A stretch of DNA of 63,889 nucleotides, counting the filler. It is 3 parts of 3 records of this genome, joined end to end, with 100 filler letters (N's around TTAATTAATTAA, not from the genome) between each part and the next. Parts side by side here need not be neighbours in the genome. Positions count along the whole stretch, not along the records: positions 44,614 to 63,889 come from SRR31156797_2254; 2 more parts are not named here. One strand, 5' to 3'. Positions 57,391 through 63,889 of the stretch are shown piece by piece. Each line of letters starts with the position of its first letter. The first letter of the stretch is position 1. Below the pieces are notes generated by a model, which worked only from the letters and a program-made list of their open reading frames with translations, made no database searches and was not told the DNA's origin. The translations under genes were made by a program, and so were the position numbers.

Positions 57391-60267
57391 ATGCAGAACC
57401 AAGATAAAATACAAGAATACATTAACTCCCTGCTGGCCTCACCTACCATGGGTGATCAGGTGGTCCACCACCGAACCATGGATGGGACTGATCCCTCCTA
57501 CGGCGAACCGCGCCGCCCTTTTTCTCCTTCGGTAAATTCCGTGCTCAGTTTCAGGGATATTGAACAACTGTACTCCCATCAGGCCGAAGCGACCGATTAC
57601 GCCCGTGCAGGGCGCAATGTGGTAGTTGCAACCCCCACTGCCAGCGGAAAAACTCTGACCTATAACCTGCCCGTTCTGGAACAATGTCTGCGCGATCCTG
57701 ATTCCCATGCCCTCTATCTTTTCCCGCTCAAAGCTTTAGCACAGGACCAGCTCAAGACCTTTAATGAAATGGCCGGACTACTGCCTGAACATGCCCGGCC
57801 CGAAGCAGCCATCTATGACGGTGACACATCACCCTACAGGCGCAAAAAAATCCGCGATACTCCGCCCGCGGTAATCCTGACCAACCCGGAAATGCTGCAC
57901 CTTTCTATGCTGCCCTACCATGAAAAATGGGCGCCTTTCCTTGCCGGACTGACCCACATTGTAGTCGATGAAGTACACACCTACCGCGGGGTGATGGGCT
58001 CGCATATGGCCATGGTTTTCCGTCGTCTACTACGCATTTGCAAATATTACGGGGCCAATCCTTCATTTATTTTTTCATCCGCCACAGTAGGCAACCCGGC
58101 GGAACTCTGCCACGACCTTACCGGACTGGAAGTCAGCCCCATAACAGAATCAGGAGCGGCCTCCGGTAAACGCAACTATATTTTCTTCAACCCGGTAGTT
58201 TCGCCCTACAGCGCAGCTATCCAGTTGCTCAAGGCCGGACTGGCTAGAGGACTACGAACTATTGTCTATACCCAGTCACGTAAAATGACCGAACTTATCG
58301 CCATGTGGGTCAATGAAAAGGCCGGGGAATACAAGGACCGTATCAGTGCCTACCGGGCAGGATTTCTGCCCGAAGAACGGCGCGAGATCGAACAGAAGAT
58401 GTCTTCCGGTGAATTGCTGGCGGTTATCTCCACCAGCGCCCTTGAACTGGGCATCGACATCGGTGGACTCGATCTATGTATTTTGGTGGGTTACCCCGGC
58501 TCAGTAATGGCGACTTTACAACGCGGGGGGCGTGTTGGACGCAGTCAGCGTGAATCAGCGGTTATTCTCATCGGGCAGGAAGATGCCCTTGATCAATATT
58601 TCATGCGTAACCCGGACGATTTCTTTTCCCGTCCGGCGGAAAACGCAGTGCTCAATCCCTACAATCCGGTAATAATGCAGCGGCACTTAGTCTGCGCCGC
58701 AGCGGAACTAACTCTGCGCGACAATGACTACCTGCTTCGTGACGATGAAATCAAAAAACGGGTAGCTGAGCTTGAAAAGGAAGGCATACTGCTACGCAAC
58801 AAACGCGGAGATGAAATATACTCCACCCGCAAACGTCCGCACCGAGAAGTATCTCTGCGCGGCGCAGGATCGACCATGCATATAGAGGACTCTGCCAACG
58901 GAGCCACTATAGGCACCATCGATGAAGTCCGGGCCTATTCAGAAGCACACGAAGGCGCAGTATACATCCATCGCGGCTCTACCTACTGCATCAAAGAGCT
59001 AGACCTCGGAGCCAAAAAGATCAAAGCCGCCAAGGAACGGGTCGGCTACTACACCAAGGCCCGCAAAAACAAGTCCACGGAAATCCTCGAGGTCTATTCC
59101 CAGAAAAAGGTCTTCGGCATTGTTATGCGCTTCGGAAGACTGCGGGTAACTGAACAGGTCACCGGATATGAAAAACGCGCTGTAAAAGGCGGCAAGCTGC
59201 TTGGGATAGTACCTCTGGATATGCCTCCGGTAATTTTTGAAACCCAAGGTCTGTGGATGGAAATTTCCCCGGAAATCAAACGCAGGGCTGAAAAAGACTT
59301 CATCCATTTCATGGGAGGGATCCACGCTGTGGAGCATGCGGCCATCGGCATCACGCCGCTACTGGTACTCACCGACCGCAACGACCTAGGCGGCATTTCC
59401 ACCCCCATGCACGAACAGGTCGACGGTCCGGCGGTCTTTATCTACGACGGAATTCCCGGCGGCGCAGGGCTGACCATGCAGGCTTTTGAACAGGCCGAAG
59501 AACTCCTTGAACGCACCTTACAGGTCATTGTAGACTGTGAATGCGAACTGGGCTGCCCCACCTGCGTGCATTCCCCCAAATGTGGTTCCGGCAACAGGCC
59601 CATAGACAAAGCCGCAGCAATCTACGTACTGGAAAACATAGTCAACGGACAACCACCGGAAAAAATAGAGGATTTATCTATGGTATTAGTACCTTTCGGC
59701 GAAGACGTAAAAAAAGAAAGCACATCCCAAAAACCCAAAAATTTCGGCGTACTTGACGTGGAAACCCGCCGTTCTGCTCAGGAAGTTGGCGGCTGGAACA
59801 AGGCCGAACGCATGGGCATTTCCATTGCCGTGCTCTACGATTCCACGGAAGACAAATATTTTGAATATGAAGAAGATCAAATCCCGGAAATGATGGAGCG
59901 GGTCCAGAAGCTGGACCTGATCATCGGCTTCAACATTGAACGTTTCGACTATAAGGTCCTCTCCGGTATCCACGCATTTAATTACAAAGGATTGCCCACA
60001 CTGGACCTACTGCTCAAAGTCTATGAACGTCTAGGCTACCGCCTCAAACTGGATAACATCGCCCAAGCCACCCTTGATGCCGCCAAAAGCGCGGACGGAT
60101 TACAGGCCCTTGAATGGTGGAAAGAAGGACGTTTGGACCTGATAACCGAATACTGCAAGCAGGACGTAGCCGTAACCCGCGATGTCTACCTGTTTGGCAA
60201 AGAGAACGGATACGTGCTATTTACTAATAAAGAGAAGAAAAAAGTGAGATTACCAGTGGACTGGTAA
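57391..60267 (+). CDS. DEAH helicase + DUF1998 + RNase_H_2 exonuclease fusion (MrfA/Hrq1-MrfB-like)
   Basis: TPTASGKT, DEVH, SAT, TSALELGIDIG, QRGGRVGR, YDGIPGGAG, CECELGCPTC; C-terminal LDVET, GFN...FD, YCKQDV. Confidence 0.93.
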   Translation: MQNQDKIQEYINSLLASPTMGDQVVHHRTMDGTDPSYGEPRRPFSPSVNSVLSFRDIEQLYSHQAEATDYARAGRNVVVATPTASGKTLTYNLPVLEQCLRDPDSHALYLFPLKALAQDQLKTFNEMAGLLPEHARPEAAIYDGDTSPYRRKKIRDTPPAVILTNPEMLHLSMLPYHEKWAPFLAGLTHIVVDEVHTYRGVMGSHMAMVFRRLLRICKYYGANPSFIFSSATVGNPAELCHDLTGLEVSPITESGAASGKRNYIFFNPVVSPYSAAIQLLKAGLARGLRTIVYTQSRKMTELIAMWVNEKAGEYKDRISAYRAGFLPEERREIEQKMSSGELLAVISTSALELGIDIGGLDLCILVGYPGSVMATLQRGGRVGRSQRESAVILIGQEDALDQYFMRNPDDFFSRPAENAVLNPYNPVIMQRHLVCAAAELTLRDNDYLLRDDEIKKRVAELEKEGILLRNKRGDEIYSTRKRPHREVSLRGAGSTMHIEDSANGATIGTIDEVRAYSEAHEGAVYIHRGSTYCIKELDLGAKKIKAAKERVGYYTKARKNKSTEILEVYSQKKVFGIVMRFGRLRVTEQVTGYEKRAVKGGKLLGIVPLDMPPVIFETQGLWMEISPEIKRRAEKDFIHFMGGIHAVEHAAIGITPLLVLTDRNDLGGISTPMHEQVDGPAVFIYDGIPGGAGLTMQAFEQAEELLERTLQVIVDCECELGCPTCVHSPKCGSGNRPIDKAAAIYVLENIVNGQPPEKIEDLSMVLVPFGEDVKKESTSQKPKNFGVLDVETRRSAQEVGGWNKAERMGISIAVLYDSTEDKYFEYEEDQIPEMMERVQKLDLIIGFNIERFDYKVLSGIHAFNYKGLPTLDLLLKVYERLGYRLKLDNIAQATLDAAKSADGLQALEWWKEGRLDLITEYCKQDVAVTRDVYLFGKENGYVLFTNKEKKKVRLPVDW

Positions 60268-60329
60268 TCAGAGGGTATAGAAAGCATTAGTCGGTACTTT
60301 TGCAGCCCTCTGAAGCTGTGGAGGTGTGT

Positions 60330-60983
60330 ATGTCCAGGAAGTTGCTGTTTTTTTTGATGCCCCTGTTTTTAATGCTGCTGACCGCATGCGCACAGCAGGA
60401 AGCAACTTTCTACGAACTCAGCTTTGAGCAGGATAAGATAGTTCTTATCGATACTAATAAGCCATTCAGTGGAATCTACACTGAGTATTACGACTCAGGA
60501 CATCAATTTCCCAAGAGCCGGATTATAATCAAAAACGGGATTATGGACGGCAGGTTCTACCACTACTATCCGGACGGCAAACTGCGTGAAAAGGGCACCA
60601 ACCGTAATGGTCAATATTACGGATACCATTCTCTTTACTGGCCCAACGGCAAAATCAAGCAGAAATTCTTTGTAGGCCGTGACATAGCCGGATACAATTA
60701 CGAATACTTTGATAACGGCAAGATCAGGGAAATGCGCCATTACAACGCACAGGCCCAGCTGGACGGCAAGTCTTTTACCTTCCACCGCAACGGCAACGTC
60801 AAGGATGAGATGAATTACAAGAATGGCAAGCGTGAAGGTTTTTTCATCACCAAGGACAAGGCCGGATTTCTAGTCAATGTCTTTGAGTATCGTGATGATG
60901 TTTTACAGGAACATGCGCGGGATCATGATCTCTCTGATCATTCCAAGTATTCGGCCATGACGACTATGTATTATAATTTTTAG
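60330..60983 (+). CDS. MORN-variant repeat (YwqK-like) lipoprotein; start revised to MSRKL
   Basis: SD GGAGG, LTAC lipobox, repeated Y..NG.I/L motifs. Confidence 0.85.
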   Translation: MSRKLLFFLMPLFLMLLTACAQQEATFYELSFEQDKIVLIDTNKPFSGIYTEYYDSGHQFPKSRIIIKNGIMDGRFYHYYPDGKLREKGTNRNGQYYGYHSLYWPNGKIKQKFFVGRDIAGYNYEYFDNGKIREMRHYNAQAQLDGKSFTFHRNGNVKDEMNYKNGKREGFFITKDKAGFLVNVFEYRDDVLQEHARDHDLSDHSKYSAMTTMYYNF

Positions 60984-60984
60984 T

Positions 60985-61027
60985 AAAAAAAAGGGGTGTT
61001 GAACTAAGTTCAACACCCCTTTTTTTT
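60985..61027. terminator. Bidirectional terminator
   Basis: A-run, GGGGTGTTGAAC/GTTCAACACCCC, T-run. Confidence 0.88.
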
Positions 61028-61034
61028 ACTATAT

Positions 61035-62408
61035 TTACTTTCCGGTAATCTTATACTTCTTCAGCTTGTACTGCAAAAGACTCTTGGAAATACCGAGCAT
61101 ATCAGCTGCATCGACCTTAACGAAATTGCTGGCGACCAACGCACGCCGTACCAGCGTGGCTTCGATCTTATCCAAGGTATCGGCAAGATTGAGCTTTGCC
61201 GGAAGTAAGTCCACCGCACTCTTAAACTGCGCTTCCTCGTCCTTAATCTCGGCGGGCAGGTCTTCAGTTTCAATGACCTTGCCTGATGAAAGCACAACAC
61301 AACGTTCCACAACGTTCTGCAACTGGCGCACGTTTCCGGGCCATTCATAGGCGGTCATGTAATCCATGGCTGCCGGGGCAAAACCGTCAAATTCCTTGTT
61401 ATTGTCAGCGGAATAGGTAGCGAGGAAGTGATCAACCAGAAAAGGAATATCCTCACGCCGTTCACGCAAGGGCGGCATTTCAATGCTGACTACGTTCAAA
61501 CGGTAATAAAGATCTTCGCGGAACTCGCCCTTTTCCACAGCTTCTTTAAGATTCTTGTTCGTAGCGGCGACAATACGGATATTAACCTTAATAGGCTCAC
61601 CCCCGCCTACCCGCTCAATGGTCTTTTCCTGCAACACACGCAACAGCTTGACCTGCATGTCATGGGAAATTTCACCGATCTCATCAAGAAAGAGCGTGCC
61701 TTGATCAGCTGCCTCAAAACGGCCACGCTTGCGGGCTACGGCTCCGGTAAAAGAACCTTTTTCATGCCCAAAAAGTTCGCTCTCAAGAACCCCAGTGTTA
61801 AAAGCCATGCAGTTTACGGAAACAAAGGGTTTGTCACAACGCGGTGAAGCCTGGTGAATAGCCTGAGCCACCAGTTCCTTACCAGTACCGGATTCCCCGG
61901 TGACCAGCACGGTGGAGCTGCCCGGAGCTGCCTTGCTGATCATGTCAAAGACCTGCAACATGGGCTTGGAACGACCAATAATATTGCTAGGCGAATAGCG
62001 GTCTTTAATCTGCTCGCGGAGCTGCCTGTTCTCCTGCTGTGCCTTGGCAAACTGGGCTGCTTTAGTCACTGAAAGAAGCAATTCTTCGTTGGCAAAAGGC
62101 TTGGTTATGTAGTCAAAGGCTCCGATTTTCATGGCCTCGACAGCAGATTCAATAGAACCGAAGGCGGTCATAATAATCACCGGAATGTGCGAAAAATTCT
62201 TTTTCACATGTTCCAGCACATCCTGCCCGGTCAGCTTGGGCATCTTCATATCGGTGATGACCAGATCAACTTCCGATTCATCAAGATAGGCCAATCCTGT
62301 TTCCGGGTCAGAAAGGGCAGTGATGGTATAGCCTTCATCTGAAAGCAAAGCTTCCAGAATAAGCAGATAGTTCTGTTCGTCGTCCAGTATGAGAATATTT
62401 GCAGACAT
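61035..62408 (-). CDS. Sigma54-dependent response regulator (NtrC family)
   Basis: REC, GESGTGKE, ESELFGHEKGSFTGA, LFLDEI, WPGNVR, Fis-type HTH. Confidence 0.97.
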   Translation of the reverse strand: MSANILILDDEQNYLLILEALLSDEGYTITALSDPETGLAYLDESEVDLVITDMKMPKLTGQDVLEHVKKNFSHIPVIIMTAFGSIESAVEAMKIGAFDYITKPFANEELLLSVTKAAQFAKAQQENRQLREQIKDRYSPSNIIGRSKPMLQVFDMISKAAPGSSTVLVTGESGTGKELVAQAIHQASPRCDKPFVSVNCMAFNTGVLESELFGHEKGSFTGAVARKRGRFEAADQGTLFLDEIGEISHDMQVKLLRVLQEKTIERVGGGEPIKVNIRIVAATNKNLKEAVEKGEFREDLYYRLNVVSIEMPPLRERREDIPFLVDHFLATYSADNNKEFDGFAPAAMDYMTAYEWPGNVRQLQNVVERCVVLSSGKVIETEDLPAEIKDEEAQFKSAVDLLPAKLNLADTLDKIEATLVRRALVASNFVKVDAADMLGISKSLLQYKLKKYKITGK

Positions 62409-62411
62409 TTT

Positions 62412-63845
62412 CTAGCAGTCTTTCTTTTCAGGTAAAAATATTTCCAAACGCGCCCCGCCTTCAGGATTATTCCCAATGCGCAGCTTTCCGTTATGGCTTT
62501 CCACAATATTGGTCACAATGGCAAGCCCCAAGCCTGTTCCGTTATCCTTGGTAGTAAAAAAAGGATCCTTGGCTTTGTCGATTATTTCAGCCGGGAAACC
62601 AGCTCCAGAATCAGAAACTACCACATTGATCCCGCCTTCAACTTCATCAATGGAGACTGCAATATGCCCATCATGTTCCACAGCCTGCATGGCGTTGCCA
62701 ATGAGATTATAAAAGGCCCGGTACAGCAAGTCATCATCTGCGCAGACCTGATATCCATGCATATAATCCCGCCTAAGCTCAATATTGCTTTCCCGGCACT
62801 TGGATTCCAAAAACATATATATTTTATCCAGCAATTCCGCAGGATCGAGGGCATGCATAGCAATCCTACGCGGCCTTGCGTAATCAAGAAAATCACTGAC
62901 AGTACGGCTAAGACGCTTAGTTTCTTCATGGATTGCACCCAGAATTTTCACATTAACAGGATCGTTTTCCTTCATCCTCTTAAGCAAAAGCTCCGAACTG
63001 GAACGGATAATTCCCAACGGATTACGAATTTCATGGGCCACCCCGGAAACCATACGTCCGATGCTGGCCAATTTTTCACTCTGGTTAAGTTCTTTTTCAA
63101 ATTCACGCCTTTCCCGCATGCGCTGTTCGTTGATAATATCAGCACGGCGGATGATAGCCATGATGGTGGCAAAAAGAATCAGAGCCGAAAAACTGGAGGT
63201 AAACAAGATCAAGCGCTCGAAATTGATTACTGACTGATAATCCTCGGTAATATCCTGAGTCAGCTCCATCACGCCCATAATCACATTCTCATCAATATTC
63301 AGACTCTTTTCAGAACGTAACGGATAAACAATCTTGAGCTGCATTGTTCCGGGCCGCATATGAAAATCAAAAATAAGAGCCAACGTGGATTTCTTACTGA
63401 TAAATTCATATCTTGGCTTGCCGCTTTCAAGAACCTCCTTGAGGAACTCCCCACCAAGATCATCCTTGCCTATTATTTCAGGATCAGTCGAATATGAAAC
63501 CATAAGTTCCGGATCGTAGATGCGTACCTCGTTCACTTTGAAACTGTGCACGGTAGAACGCACCACCTGATCAAGGCGCTCCATTTGTTCCTCATTTTTC
63601 AGCCCAATACGCCCGTAACCGATGAGTGTGGGCAGGATAAAACGGCGGTAAATCTGATGGTTCAGGTTTTCAGCCTGCAACAATGCAAATTGCTTCTGCT
63701 TTTCCAGAAGGGTTTCATCAGCATGCTTGGCAAGAAACACAGAAAGCCCCAGACTGCTGGCAATGATGACAATCAGCAAAGTCCACGAAAGGAGCTTAAC
63801 AAGCTGGAATGATTTAACTTGCAAATCTTGATGTTGTGATTCCAA
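62412..63845 (-). CDS. Membrane sensor histidine kinase (NtrB-like)
   Basis: Two TM helices, VAHEIRNPL, NLIGNA, DSGAG, PFFTTK, GTGLGL; TTG start with SD GGAGG. Confidence 0.96.
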   Translation of the reverse strand: MESQHQDLQVKSFQLVKLLSWTLLIVIIASSLGLSVFLAKHADETLLEKQKQFALLQAENLNHQIYRRFILPTLIGYGRIGLKNEEQMERLDQVVRSTVHSFKVNEVRIYDPELMVSYSTDPEIIGKDDLGGEFLKEVLESGKPRYEFISKKSTLALIFDFHMRPGTMQLKIVYPLRSEKSLNIDENVIMGVMELTQDITEDYQSVINFERLILFTSSFSALILFATIMAIIRRADIINEQRMRERREFEKELNQSEKLASIGRMVSGVAHEIRNPLGIIRSSSELLLKRMKENDPVNVKILGAIHEETKRLSRTVSDFLDYARPRRIAMHALDPAELLDKIYMFLESKCRESNIELRRDYMHGYQVCADDDLLYRAFYNLIGNAMQAVEHDGHIAVSIDEVEGGINVVVSDSGAGFPAEIIDKAKDPFFTTKDNGTGLGLAIVTNIVESHNGKLRIGNNPEGGARLEIFLPEKKDC

Positions 63846-63889
63846 AAGAATGCCTCCGACGGCTCTCCGAGGGCTTAAACCCTTTTTGT

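Noticed and set aside
57391-60267. DISARM/Druantia-type defence helicase (DUF1998)
   Set aside because: No methylase or partner genes; the architecture fits the MrfA/Hrq1 repair helicases
60330-60983. YwqK antitoxin of a toxin-antitoxin pair
   Set aside because: It is a MORN-variant lipoprotein with no adjacent toxin gene
44514-63889. Horizontal transfer of a Desulfovibrio-like island into a Bacteroidota genome
   Set aside because: The junction is a linker, the segment carries housekeeping genes (fabD, tRNA), and no mobility genes are present

Overview
The window is not one continuous locus. It is three contigs joined by 100-nt artificial linkers (N-run/TTAATTAATTAA/N-run at 31996-32095 and 44514-44613). 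Contigs 1 (1-31995) and 2 (32096-44513) are AT-rich Bacteroidota DNA, probably Marinilabiliales/Bacteroidales, based on SusC/SusD, a hybrid two-component sensor, T9SS cargo and TAnnTTTG promoters. Contig 3 (44614-63889) is more GC-rich and looks like Desulfovibrionaceae (Maridesulfovibrio-like). Contigs 2 and 3 each begin inside a tRNA. Contig 1 holds a large FG-GAP/cadherin-like surface protein missed by the ORF track, PDRP, an atypical folE-queD2 pair split by a phased heptamer array, a PadR/double-PspC operon, trpS, and an ECF sigma module with mirror-image promoters. It also holds a 17-kb HTCS-pafA-susC-susD locus with two T9SS LRR proteins and no recognisable CAZyme, which is my best candidate for an undescribed system. 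Contig 2 holds housekeeping genes, a probable sigma54-driven Nif11-like two-gene module, an orphan GH30, and inverted 42-bp repeat arrays upstream of a DUF6261-like gene. Contig 3 holds AOR, fabD, FIST/PAS, an NSS transporter with an unannotated MetS subunit, a candidate C-rich sRNA, sstT, a fused MrfA-MrfB-like helicase-exonuclease and an NtrBC-type two-component system. I saw no CRISPR array, integrase or intact transposase. Family calls come from motif recognition by eye; no searches were run.
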